DNA of 64,000 nt from Halobacteriovoraceae bacterium (lineage in GTDB: Bacteria > Bdellovibrionota > Bacteriovoracia > Bacteriovoracales > Bacteriovoracaceae): assembly GCA_963719505.1 (NCBI GenBank), contig CAVRCF010000001.1, positions 640,001 through 704,000 on the forward strand, read 5' to 3'. Shown one piece after another: positions 46,450 through 55,140 of the stretch. A program made the position numbers and the translations under genes. Each line of letters opens with the position of its first letter. Positions within the stretch are counted from its first letter, which is position 1. A model generated the notes under the pieces. It did not search any database and had not been told where the DNA came from. It saw only the letters and a program-made list of their open reading frames with translations.

Positions 46450-47333
46450 TGAGAAAGATACTATCAAGCTTTGTTTTACTCTTTTTTGTTGCTAGTTGCG
46501 CTACGACATCTGGAGATAAGGACTACTCCGATATTACAAAAGACGATTTTAAGACGAAACGACAGGTTCCCTATGATCAAGGTGCTGACCGTTTTAAAGG
46601 TATAAAAGATGATAACTATAAAGTTCTAGGAGAGGAGTCTCTTTCAAGATTCTCAGATCCTGGTGACCTTGAAGAGCGAGGAGTTCTTGATCAGATTACT
46701 GTTGCCTGCTATGAAAAAGACTTTGAAAAAGCATTTTCAATCATAAAAGAAAAATCAGCTGTCTATAAAACCAATCCCATATTTTGGAACCAGGTTGGAA
46801 CTTGTTTTATGCTTAAAGGCGAAAGAAGAAAAGCTCTTCTCTTTTACAACAAAGCTTTAGAATTCAAGGCCAGCTATTCTCCTGCATTTAATAATTTAGG
46901 TTATATGTATAAGTTAGAAAATGAAGATCAAAAGGCACTTGTTGCTTTTACGAGAGCGAAAAAAGCTAATCAATACGCTAAAACGCCACTTTTTAACCTT
47001 GGAAATCTTTATTTAGAATACGGTCTGTTTAGCCAGGCCATTGCTACCTTTACAGGTCTTTATAATATCGAAAAGAAAGATGTCGATGTACTCAATGGGC
47101 TGGCGGTAGCCTATTTAATGCAAGGAAATACGGACCGGGCTTTAGAGTTTTATAAGAGAATAGATTCTGACTTTTTAGAAAAGCCTGAATTTGGAATTAA
47201 TTATTCTCTTGCTCTCTTTCGATCAAATAAAAAATCAGTTGCAAAGGATAAACTCTCAGATATTGATAAGGAAAAATTAGGTCCTTGGAAAGAGTATTAT
47301 CGAAGTGTTGCAAGTATTTTAGGAGTTAGGTAA
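46449..47333 (+). CDS. GltE/AglT-like TPR lipoprotein
   Basis: Lipobox VASC; AFNNLG, LFNLG, VLNGLA TPRs. Confidence 0.7.
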   Translation: MRKILSSFVLLFFVASCATTSGDKDYSDITKDDFKTKRQVPYDQGADRFKGIKDDNYKVLGEESLSRFSDPGDLEERGVLDQITVACYEKDFEKAFSIIKEKSAVYKTNPIFWNQVGTCFMLKGERRKALLFYNKALEFKASYSPAFNNLGYMYKLENEDQKALVAFTRAKKANQYAKTPLFNLGNLYLEYGLFSQAIATFTGLYNIEKKDVDVLNGLAVAYLMQGNTDRALEFYKRIDSDFLEKPEFGINYSLALFRSNKKSVAKDKLSDIDKEKLGPWKEYYRSVASILGVR

Positions 47334-47590
47334 TGAAGTGGATTTATGTCATTCTGTGTTTATGCTTTGTAAGTCTGTCTTTTGCTCAGAGCAACCAAAA
47401 AAAGAAAGTTTATTATGAGTATAAGAAATATGAAAAATTTGACTTTGGTGTTATCGATGTTGAAGGTGGAGAGAATTCTCCCGGTGACTTATCGATCTCT
47501 CCACGCTTTAGAAAAAAATTTCGTAATAAAATTCCAGAGAGAAAGCAGTTTAATAATGAAATGAAAAGGGCCTTAGATACAGTAAGGTAA
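47333..47590 (+). CDS. GltF/CglF-like small secreted protein
   Basis: YKKYEKFDF..IDVEG...PG...F...I..R..F..EM; lies between gltE-like and gltG-like genes. Confidence 0.75.
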   Translation: MKWIYVILCLCFVSLSFAQSNQKKKVYYEYKKYEKFDFGVIDVEGGENSPGDLSISPRFRKKFRNKIPERKQFNNEMKRALDTVR

Positions 47591-47601
47591 CAGGATATAT
47601 T

Positions 47602-49545
47602 GTGAATATAGAAAAAAGCAAAAAAGAACAACTTTTTCAAATTACTCTAGACGATGCCAATCTCAATATCGAAGGCAGTGTTATTCCTTATGGAAGAAAG
47701 CTGATCGGTCGAAGTGAAAGTTGTGATATTGTTATTGGCCATCCTAGTGTTTCAGCTGTTCATGCTGTTCTAGAGATAAGTCCACGCGGAATTAAGATTT
47801 TTGACATGAATTCCAAAAATGGATCTTTTGTCAGCGATAAAAAAGTCGTCACAGCTGATGTTTCATTTGGTGACAAAATTAGATTGGGATCTGCCTCCCT
47901 TACGGTGACGAAATATTCACCAACTCCCGAGTTGCCTCCAGTTCTTGATACCCTCGAGCCTGAGAAGGGAAAGGCTTCTATTCTTCCACCCGTTGCACCT
48001 AAAATTACAGAAACAGAGGATGGCCCCTATATTGTCTATCCTCTTGGTGCAGATCCAAAAGCTGATTATTCAGAATATATATTTGAAGATGTTGAGGAGT
48101 TGTATCCTATCTTTAAATACGAGCACGGAAAGCAAGCCGTAGAAGTTATTATTCTTTTTAATGATAAAGTTTACTCCGTTGATTATCTTCCTGAGGAAAA
48201 TGGGGTCTACTCTATTGTGGGGGCAAATCCTAAAAAGAAAGAAATGGAATTTGCCTACTTAGGCAAAGATGAGAAGATTGCCTTTATCGAAATTAATAGC
48301 GGAAACTGTGTTGTTAATAAGCTCCATAATTATAATACGCAACATCTTGCGAATGATAAAATTGTCGCTATCACTGAAGGACGAGTCAATATTCAAGAAA
48401 ATGATATTGTGAGACTTGAGAATGGGCACTTAGAAATTTATATTAGACGTGTCTTTAGTCCACCAAAAGTAAAGCCAGCACCTTTTTTCAGAAGAGATCC
48501 AGCGTTAAAGAGATATGTTGCTCTTATTTTATTTTTTCTTTTGGTTCCACTTGGTGCTTCGATGTTTTTAGATATCGAAAAGAAAGAAGATGAAAAAGAT
48601 CCAGAAAGAATCGCAAGGATTCTCTATAAAAAAGAAGTTAAAAAACTTCCATCGATCAAGAAAAAAGAAGTAAAAGATCCTCCTAAGCCAAAGGTTGCTG
48701 CGGTCAAAGAAGTCAAAACAACTCCGACTCCAAAGCCAGCACCCGAAAAGCCAAAGGTAAAACCAAAAAGAGTAACGAAAGCTCCGGGAACAAAAACGGC
48801 AAAGAAGGTCGTGACTCAAAAAAGAGTTAAAAAACCAGCTCCAAAAACGAACGCAAGAGCAGCTAAAAAAGCTGGTGCTTCAAGAGCAAAATCAAGGTCC
48901 GCAAGCCGATCAAGGCGATCAAACACACCTTCTGCTAATACGGGGGCTGTAGATACTTATAAGTCATTTGATTTTAAATCAACTATTTCATCATCAATGG
49001 CAAAGGGTGGAACTTTGACTGGGGCAAAAGTCGCTAAGTCGAGCTCTAGTGCAGACTTTGGATCCGCTAATATTGGCGGAGGAGTTGCTAGTAATCTTCA
49101 AAAGGCTGATGTTGGAACAGAGGTAGGAAACTTAACCGGCTCAACAATCGGTAAGCTTTCTCAGTCAAAGGGAGCTGAAGGTCTTTCGGCCAAGTCAGGA
49201 GTCTACGCAGCTGGTATACCTTCAGAGACAGTCGTCTTAGGGTCAATGGATCCAGATGTAATTAGAAGAATACTGAGAGAAAATATTCCACAGTTTAGAT
49301 ACTGTTATCAAAAAGAATTAGATAGAAATGCAAATAAAGATCTGTCGGGAACAGTGAAGCTAATCTTCACCATCGGTGCCTCTGGTGCCGTATCAAAAGC
49401 CGGGGTAGGAAGCTCATCATCTCTTCCTGGTCAAGTTAAAGGCTGTGTTGTTAGAGTTCTTCGAGGTATTAGGTTTCCAAGACCAAGAGGTGGAGGAACT
49501 GTTGATGTTAATCAACCGTTTAACTTTATGCCACAACGAATCTAG
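47602..49545 (+). CDS. GltG/PglI-like protein: FHA domain, TM helix, Lys/Pro-rich linker, TonB-C-like domain
   Basis: IGRS..CD....VSAVHA...DMNSKNG; IRRIL....QFRYCYQKEL...FTIGASGAV...C......IRFPRPRGGG.V.V..PF. Confidence 0.85.
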   Translation: MNIEKSKKEQLFQITLDDANLNIEGSVIPYGRKLIGRSESCDIVIGHPSVSAVHAVLEISPRGIKIFDMNSKNGSFVSDKKVVTADVSFGDKIRLGSASLTVTKYSPTPELPPVLDTLEPEKGKASILPPVAPKITETEDGPYIVYPLGADPKADYSEYIFEDVEELYPIFKYEHGKQAVEVIILFNDKVYSVDYLPEENGVYSIVGANPKKKEMEFAYLGKDEKIAFIEINSGNCVVNKLHNYNTQHLANDKIVAITEGRVNIQENDIVRLENGHLEIYIRRVFSPPKVKPAPFFRRDPALKRYVALILFFLLVPLGASMFLDIEKKEDEKDPERIARILYKKEVKKLPSIKKKEVKDPPKPKVAAVKEVKTTPTPKPAPEKPKVKPKRVTKAPGTKTAKKVVTQKRVKKPAPKTNARAAKKAGASRAKSRSASRSRRSNTPSANTGAVDTYKSFDFKSTISSSMAKGGTLTGAKVAKSSSSADFGSANIGGGVASNLQKADVGTEVGNLTGSTIGKLSQSKGAEGLSAKSGVYAAGIPSETVVLGSMDPDVIRRILRENIPQFRYCYQKELDRNANKDLSGTVKLIFTIGASGAVSKAGVGSSSSLPGQVKGCVVRVLRGIRFPRPRGGGTVDVNQPFNFMPQRI

Positions 49546-49934
49546 TGAAAAAACTCATTTTCTTAATCATTCTTTCTGGGTGTAGCTCAAAACCAGCTAC
49601 ACTTTTAGAGAATCATTCTTGTAAGGATAGCGATTCTCTTCAGACTTCCCACGCAAAGATGGCCATTAAAAGTCAGATCTCAAAGATGCAAGCATGTTTT
49701 CAAAACTATATTAAGTTCCAGCAAGAGAGCAATCAAACTGTTAAAGTTTGCCATACCGTTAATATCTCCAGAGACGGTAAAGTGACATACTCCCAGGTAA
49801 CTCCCATCGAGGGGAGAATCGCTAAAGACTTTAAAATGTGTTTAGAACAAAGTTTTTGGGTGATGAACTTTAGCAAACTTCAACTAGAAGAAGATCTATT
49901 CGTTAAATTTCCCCTGATTTACCAATCAAAGTAG
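49545..49934 (+). CDS. Lipoprotein with stand-alone TonB-C/PglI C-terminal-like domain
   Basis: Lipobox LSGC; MQACF, ISRDGKV, MCLE....MNF, VKFPLIY. Confidence 0.65.
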   Translation: MKKLIFLIILSGCSSKPATLLENHSCKDSDSLQTSHAKMAIKSQISKMQACFQNYIKFQQESNQTVKVCHTVNISRDGKVTYSQVTPIEGRIAKDFKMCLEQSFWVMNFSKLQLEEDLFVKFPLIYQSK

Positions 49935-50045
49935 CAAAAAATCTTACTTTGATTATCTGAATTCAACAGGTGCATAATGCACCCTTTGACACACTTGCTT
50001 AGACTAAGTCATCATTGTTATAGAGTAATGTTTTATGAGGTATAA

Positions 50046-50135
50046 ATGCAGAAGTTAATTGTCTTCTATACATTCATGATTGGAGCACTGATGTGCTCAA
50101 AAGTGGCTTTTTGGTACTTCAACTGGCAGTGGTAG
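50046..50135 (+). CDS. Unannotated 29-aa hydrophobic peptide MQKLIVFYTFMIGALMCSKVAFWYFNWQW
   Basis: GAGGT Shine-Dalgarno just upstream; TAG at 50133-50135; single TM-like segment. Confidence 0.5.
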   Translation: MQKLIVFYTFMIGALMCSKVAFWYFNWQW

Positions 50136-50141
50136 ACTCGT

Positions 50142-50657
50142 TTATTGTTCTTCGCCCATAACCACAAATTTATACTCTTTAAAGCCAGCTGATGCACAAG
50201 TGTACATTATTTTTTTCACATAAGAGTACTTCAAGGACTTATCAACGATAAGGTTTACAATACCACTAAATTTTTGAGCTTTACCACCGGTTTGGATGTT
50301 CATGTTTTTGATTTCGTCTTTCTTTTTTGAAAGCTCATCAAAAAGAGGAATCACTCTTCTACCACCATCATCATAGAGATTTTGAGGCAGATCAGAAGTA
50401 TCTAAAACGGTCTTACTATCGACCCAAATTTTGTCTTTTGAAACCTGGATGATGACACCAGCGGTATTAATATTAGATGAAGCTGAGTTCGGTAGCTCAA
50501 TGCCCTCTGGGATATTTAATGTAACGCCAGAGGAGTTATAGCTCTTGATAAGAAAGATAAGGAGAATAACGAGAATATCGAGCAGAGAAGTGATATCGAG
50601 ATCAAAATTCTTTCTTCTTACTCTTTTCTTGTTTCTTATGGATCTATTTCTACTCAT
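50142..50657 (-). CDS. ExbD/TolR-family protein, AglS-like
   Basis: LDITSLLDILVILLIFLIKS, ELP.S.S, K.IMYTC..AGF. Confidence 0.85.
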   Translation of the reverse strand: MSRNRSIRNKKRVRRKNFDLDITSLLDILVILLIFLIKSYNSSGVTLNIPEGIELPNSASSNINTAGVIIQVSKDKIWVDSKTVLDTSDLPQNLYDDGGRRVIPLFDELSKKKDEIKNMNIQTGGKAQKFSGIVNLIVDKSLKYSYVKKIMYTCASAGFKEYKFVVMGEEQ

Positions 50658-50659
50658 AG

Positions 50660-51193
50660 TTAGCTCATTAGGTTTCCAAACATTATCTTACTAAATAATG
50701 TTTTCAGTTGAACATCAAGACCGTCTTTATCTTTTTTAAAGAGGACGTCGTCTGTTTTTTTCAGCACCCTTACTTCATCCATGATCTTTACGATCTCTTC
50801 GTAAGTGAGGTCAACAATAGGTTCTAGAACAATCGTTTCTTCTGAGATATTGGTCTTTTTCAGGTCTACTAAAAAATCATGAAGAGTGACCAGATCGTAA
50901 TCTCCACTTTGATTCTTACTAATCTTTTTAACTGTTTTAGCGGGTACTCCAGTGGAGATATTAAAACCACTTTTTGTGATCTCAACTGTTAGGGCCAAAG
51001 GTTTTTTCTTATCCTTTGGAGGCTCAGAGTTGGAAATTATAGGAACATCACTTCCTATCTCGTATATCTTCACAAATTGCGCTGACATAAGAAGAAAAAA
51101 GATAAGGATGAATACAGCATCAAGAATAGGTACAAGATTAAGACCCTGATCCTCTTTATTCTTCTTTCGTCTTGTCGGTTTTTTATAGCTCAT
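50660..51193 (-). CDS. ExbD/TolR-family protein, AglQ-like
   Basis: LNLVPILDAVFILIFFLL, YEEIVKIMD. Confidence 0.85.
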   Translation of the reverse strand: MSYKKPTRRKKNKEDQGLNLVPILDAVFILIFFLLMSAQFVKIYEIGSDVPIISNSEPPKDKKKPLALTVEITKSGFNISTGVPAKTVKKISKNQSGDYDLVTLHDFLVDLKKTNISEETIVLEPIVDLTYEEIVKIMDEVRVLKKTDDVLFKKDKDGLDVQLKTLFSKIMFGNLMS

Positions 51194-51202
51194 TGTTTTG
51201 CC

Positions 51203-51853
51203 TTATAACTCAGCTTTGTCTTTAGTTCCAAGGAGGTCGAGAAGCTTTACACTAAATTCATCGATCTCATTGATGATCTTATCTGCCTTGTTAGAAAGGA
51301 AAGCATGCATGATCATAATTGTAATAGCAGAGAAAAGCCCTAGTGCAGTTGTGTTCATGGCTTGTGAAATACCTGCTGCAAGTAGTTCTGCTTTTTGAGC
51401 GGGGTCAACATCGGCAACTGCAGCAAATGTTGATATCAGACCTTGGATGGTTCCAAGAAGTCCAAAAAGTGTTGAGATATTTGCAATAAGTTGAAGGTAG
51501 TTTAATCGAAGTTCTACTTTTGGAACAACTTCTAATGCTGTGGCGTCGAGTGCATTTTGGATTTGATCTGTTCCTTGGTTCGCTCTTTTTAATCCACTCT
51601 TAAGAACCTTTGGAAGTGCAGCAATTGAACCTGAACAGACTCTGATCGCCCCTTGAATATCGTTTGATAGAACATATCGTTGAACTTCATTCATGAATGA
51701 AGGGCCATCTACATCATAATTTCTAGATAACTTTTTTAATCTCTCTAGAGCGATAGCAACACCGACTCCCCAAACGCCGAGGATGACGAACATAAAGACT
51801 CCACCGTTTTTGATGAACTCAATAGCTGTGGTTAAAATACTTGTACCTTCCAT
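51203..51853 (-). CDS. MotA/TolQ/ExbB proton-channel protein, AglR-like
   Basis: GGVFM, ANISTLFGLLGTIQGLI..F, GISQAMNTTALGL; RBS AGGAG. Confidence 0.9.
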   Translation of the reverse strand: MEGTSILTTAIEFIKNGGVFMFVILGVWGVGVAIALERLKKLSRNYDVDGPSFMNEVQRYVLSNDIQGAIRVCSGSIAALPKVLKSGLKRANQGTDQIQNALDATALEVVPKVELRLNYLQLIANISTLFGLLGTIQGLISTFAAVADVDPAQKAELLAAGISQAMNTTALGLFSAITIMIMHAFLSNKADKIINEIDEFSVKLLDLLGTKDKAEL

Positions 51854-51958
51854 GGTTTCTCCTAATATCTTGTAAGACCATAATTTTACTTATAATAATT
51901 ATTCTAAGCTATTATTTTTACTAAGGGGATGGCGGGTCAAAATTGCCGTCGGACCAGG

Positions 51959-52513
51959 CTATTTGAAATTTATTCCAAAAAAAGAAAGGAGGCTGAGAGC
52001 TTCAAATTTATCAAACGATGCGCCCTTTAATTGATTGTTGACTGGATTTATAGAGTAATCGGTCGCCGTGGTTAGATCACAGTTTCTAAGAGATGTGCTG
52101 TTAAAAACTGAGCGAGTTAGCTTGGATTTTATAAAAACTGACCTATCGAGAGTGGCTTGTGAAAAATCAATTTCAGCTAAGAGACAAGAATCAAAAATAA
52201 AATCCTTTACATCCATTCCAGAGAAAACATTAAAGCTCAGGTTTGAATGCTTAAACTTGAGATCAACTATTCTTCCAGTGGAGGTCCAGTTTATGCCAAG
52301 AAACTTACATTCTGTAAAAGTGCAGTCGTTTAAAGTCGAATGTGTAAAGGAACAATTGCTTAGATCACACTCACGAAATGAACATTCCTCAAAAAGAGAA
52401 TTACTAATGGGGGTGGAGTTGAGGTGGCATCCTTCGAAGACGCAATTATAAAACTCGTGGCGTGTGTTAAAAGCTATCTTTGTGAGATCAATAGTTTCAT
52501 CCTCAAAGGTCAT
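51959..52513 (-). CDS. Pentapeptide repeat protein
   Basis: Repeating C.F.. / .DL.. pentapeptides; YSINP..N.LKGA.F. Confidence 0.88.
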   Translation of the reverse strand: MTFEDETIDLTKIAFNTRHEFYNCVFEGCHLNSTPISNSLFEECSFRECDLSNCSFTHSTLNDCTFTECKFLGINWTSTGRIVDLKFKHSNLSFNVFSGMDVKDFIFDSCLLAEIDFSQATLDRSVFIKSKLTRSVFNSTSLRNCDLTTATDYSINPVNNQLKGASFDKFEALSLLSFFGINFK

Positions 52514-53244
52514 CTGATATCCATGATAAGGCGAAACTGTCTTCTAAATCTCTCAACAGCTCTTACTTCTTGTTGATAAATTTTGATTTTTGCAGGGTCA
52601 TTTTTGTCTAAGTCGACCGAGGAATTACCTAAATACTCTACCTCTGCAGACATTTCATCATTTAGCCTTTCAATCTCTTGAGTTTTTGGCAAGTTGTGCT
52701 TTTTCATAATAGTGATAAGAATATCACTAAGGACACTCGTCTGGATAAGGTTTCCAGGATTAGACAGTTGAATGATGAGTTTATTCTTTAACTGTTCTTT
52801 CTGTTTGAAACTCAGGGCTTCAAGCCCATTATTTACCGTCTGGTAGAATTGAATCCAATTTAATGATTCGACTTCTTCATCTGTTGAAATTTTTAATTGT
52901 TGGCCGGCCACTTCACTGCATGGAGAAGAGAGAAAAGCGTCGAGTTTTTTAAAGGTGGAGAGCTTACTTTTTAAAATAAGATTACAACTTTTGATCGCTT
53001 TATCATTTGAAATATACTCTTTTGGAGCTTGATTTTGACTCGTGACCTTAGGGATTTTCTTAAAAACTGTTCTACCTTTAGGTTGAGGCGCTAATTGGGG
53101 CTTTGCTTTAATCTTCTTGGCTTGATATTGAGTTGATTCGTTGAAATGCTCAAAATTAAAATCGGAACTTGTTTGGCGGTAAATAACAAAGCCGATGACA
53201 ATGGCTATGAGGCTAAAAAGTGCAGGCTTCAGGTAGTGAAGCAT
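52510..53244 (-). CDS. Hypothetical membrane-anchored protein
   Basis: N-terminal TM helix; in operon. Confidence 0.65.
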   Translation of the reverse strand: MLHYLKPALFSLIAIVIGFVIYRQTSSDFNFEHFNESTQYQAKKIKAKPQLAPQPKGRTVFKKIPKVTSQNQAPKEYISNDKAIKSCNLILKSKLSTFKKLDAFLSSPCSEVAGQQLKISTDEEVESLNWIQFYQTVNNGLEALSFKQKEQLKNKLIIQLSNPGNLIQTSVLSDILITIMKKHNLPKTQEIERLNDEMSAEVEYLGNSSVDLDKNDPAKIKIYQQEVRAVERFRRQFRLIMDIR

Positions 53245-53475
53245 TTAATTATTTTCGTTAGTTTGGATTTCGTAGTCATCTTTTGCATGAGTTTCAATCT
53301 TTTTAATCTTCTTTTCTGGTGAGACGTAGACCTTGCGTGAAGGAGTATATTCTGGAGGTGCACCAAAGACTTTATCGATTTTTTCAACTGTAGATTTTTC
53401 TGCAAGTTTGTCTTTAGCGATAAAGATCAGAGCAATGAGAAGAGCACACACAATCGCGGTCGTTAGTTTTTTCAT
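53245..53475 (-). CDS. Small hypothetical membrane-anchored protein
   Basis: N-terminal hydrophobic helix; start overlaps gmhA stop. Confidence 0.6.
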   Translation of the reverse strand: MKKLTTAIVCALLIALIFIAKDKLAEKSTVEKIDKVFGAPPEYTPSRKVYVSPEKKIKKIETHAKDDYEIQTNENN

Positions 53476-54059
53476 TAGCTATAGTGCTCCGGATATAACT
53501 TGCGCTCAATACCTTCAATAAAGATATGGATAATTTTGATATGTATTTCTTGAATACGATCAGTGATCGGGCAATCAACAATTAAAGGCACATCAACCAT
53601 GTCCTTTAGCTTTCCACCGTCTTTACCTAAAAGTCCAACCACATGCATGCCTTGTGCTTTGGCTTTTTCAACAGCAAGGATAACATTTTGAGAGTTTCCA
53701 CTTGTTGAGATGGCCAAGAGGGTATCGTGCTTCTTGCCCCACGCCTGAACGTGTCTTGAGAAGATATACTCATATCCATAGTCATTGGCGACACAAGTGA
53801 TGTGACTTGGGTCACCCATATTAATAGCAGCGATAGGATCTCTGTCTTTTCTATATCTTCCGGTAAGCTCTTCAACAAAATGCATTGAATCGCACATTGA
53901 ACCACCGTTCCCACAAGCCATTATTCTGCCGTCGTAGTCTTTGATAGTCTCAACAAACTTTTCTACAGCTAATTCAATTAAAGCTATATTTTTTTCATCG
54001 CCTATAAATTTATCTAAGACTTCTTTTGACTGTATAAGTGAGTTTTTAATATATTCCAT
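53475..54059 (-). CDS. gmhA: D-sedoheptulose 7-phosphate isomerase
   Basis: CGNGGSMCDSMHF.EELTGRY, NDYGY, ISTSGNS, DRIQEIH. Confidence 0.95.
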   Translation of the reverse strand: MEYIKNSLIQSKEVLDKFIGDEKNIALIELAVEKFVETIKDYDGRIMACGNGGSMCDSMHFVEELTGRYRKDRDPIAAINMGDPSHITCVANDYGYEYIFSRHVQAWGKKHDTLLAISTSGNSQNVILAVEKAKAQGMHVVGLLGKDGGKLKDMVDVPLIVDCPITDRIQEIHIKIIHIFIEGIERKLYPEHYS

Positions 54060-54078
54060 CAGTATTCCAAATTTTTAC

Positions 54079-54108
54079 AAAAAAAAAGACCAGCAAAATG
54101 CCGGCCTC
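54079..54108 (-). terminator. Intrinsic terminator of trxA
   Basis: Minus strand GGCCGGCA-ttt-TGCTGGTC then T9. Confidence 0.75.
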
Positions 54109-54122
54109 GTCATTTCTTATGA

Positions 54123-54443
54123 TTAAACTAAATCGTTTATATTTTTTAAGATTTCAGCTTTTGGTTGATTCCCAACAAGTGTGCTTTTTACTTCACCATC
54201 TTTGAAGAAAATGAGAGTTGGTATGCCGCGAATTCCATATTGCTGAGCCAATTCACCTGCTTCATCTACATTTACCTTAACAACTTTTGCACCTTCAACT
54301 TCAGATGCTACTTCATCAAGAATTGGAGCAAGGGCCTTACAAGGACCACACCATTCAGCCCAGAAGTCTACGATGACTGGCTTGTCTGACTTAATAACTT
54401 CACTATCAAAATTTTCTTTATTTACACTTAAAGCACTGCTCAT
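54123..54443 (-). CDS. trxA: Thioredoxin
   Basis: DFWAEWCGPCK, GIPTL. Confidence 0.96.
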   Translation of the reverse strand: MSSALSVNKENFDSEVIKSDKPVIVDFWAEWCGPCKALAPILDEVASEVEGAKVVKVNVDEAGELAQQYGIRGIPTLIFFKDGEVKSTLVGNQPKAEILKNINDLV

Positions 54444-54596
54444 AATATTCTCCTAAAGCCGTAATACTTAATTCAAAGATTAGCATAGGTGTTTTAAAAT
54501 AACTACCTAGAGATTGTAACTTTAGGTTACTTGCTTTGCGTCAAGGGCAAGTAATTACATGTTTTAATAAGGGCAAATATTAGATATCATAAGGGA

Positions 54597-55112
54597 ATGA
54601 AAAAGAAGTACTTGCTAAAGTCAGGCATTAATACAGCGAGATTTACCAGGCTGATTGCAAAATCTATCGATCTTTTTATTGTCTTAATCTTGTCCCTGCT
54701 TTTTTACCCTTTTGGACTTTTAATTGCTCTGTTTTATATTGGTATTTCCGATTTTCTCAGCCAGGGCCAATCTGTTGGTAAAAAAATCATGGGCTTCTCC
54801 GTTATATCACTTGAAGATGGAAAGCCATGTTCACTAAAGCAATCTATTATTAGAAATCTTCCTATTCTCATTCCAATGGGCTTTGCCATCATACCGTTGT
54901 GGGGATGGATTCTGTGTTGCATTTTGACGATACCTTTAATGCTTCTAGAAGTTTATTTACTTTTTAAACTTGATTCGGGGCACCGTCTAGGAGATGTAAT
55001 GGCCGATACGACTGTTATTGCAGACGATCACGACAGAGTCGACCTTCGCAAGAACAAGGAATCCTGGTTTGAAGAGAAAAACTTGTCGCCATGTAATCGT
55101 TCAATGATGTAA
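54597..55112 (+). CDS. RDD family membrane protein
   Basis: RLIAKSID, GQSVGKK, RLGDVMADT.V. Confidence 0.88.
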   Translation: MKKKYLLKSGINTARFTRLIAKSIDLFIVLILSLLFYPFGLLIALFYIGISDFLSQGQSVGKKIMGFSVISLEDGKPCSLKQSIIRNLPILIPMGFAIIPLWGWILCCILTIPLMLLEVYLLFKLDSGHRLGDVMADTTVIADDHDRVDLRKNKESWFEEKNLSPCNRSMM

Positions 55113-55140
55113 AATAGCTCCCATACCACAGGGAGTAAAA

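Noticed and set aside
48640-48940. Lys/Pro/Arg-rich low-complexity stretch as a histone-like protein
   Set aside because: It is the periplasm-spanning linker of the GltG-like protein
49965-49995. GGTGCATAATG resembles the XerC arm of dif
   Set aside because: No XerD arm (TTATGTTAAAT) at the right spacing; treated as a simple palindrome
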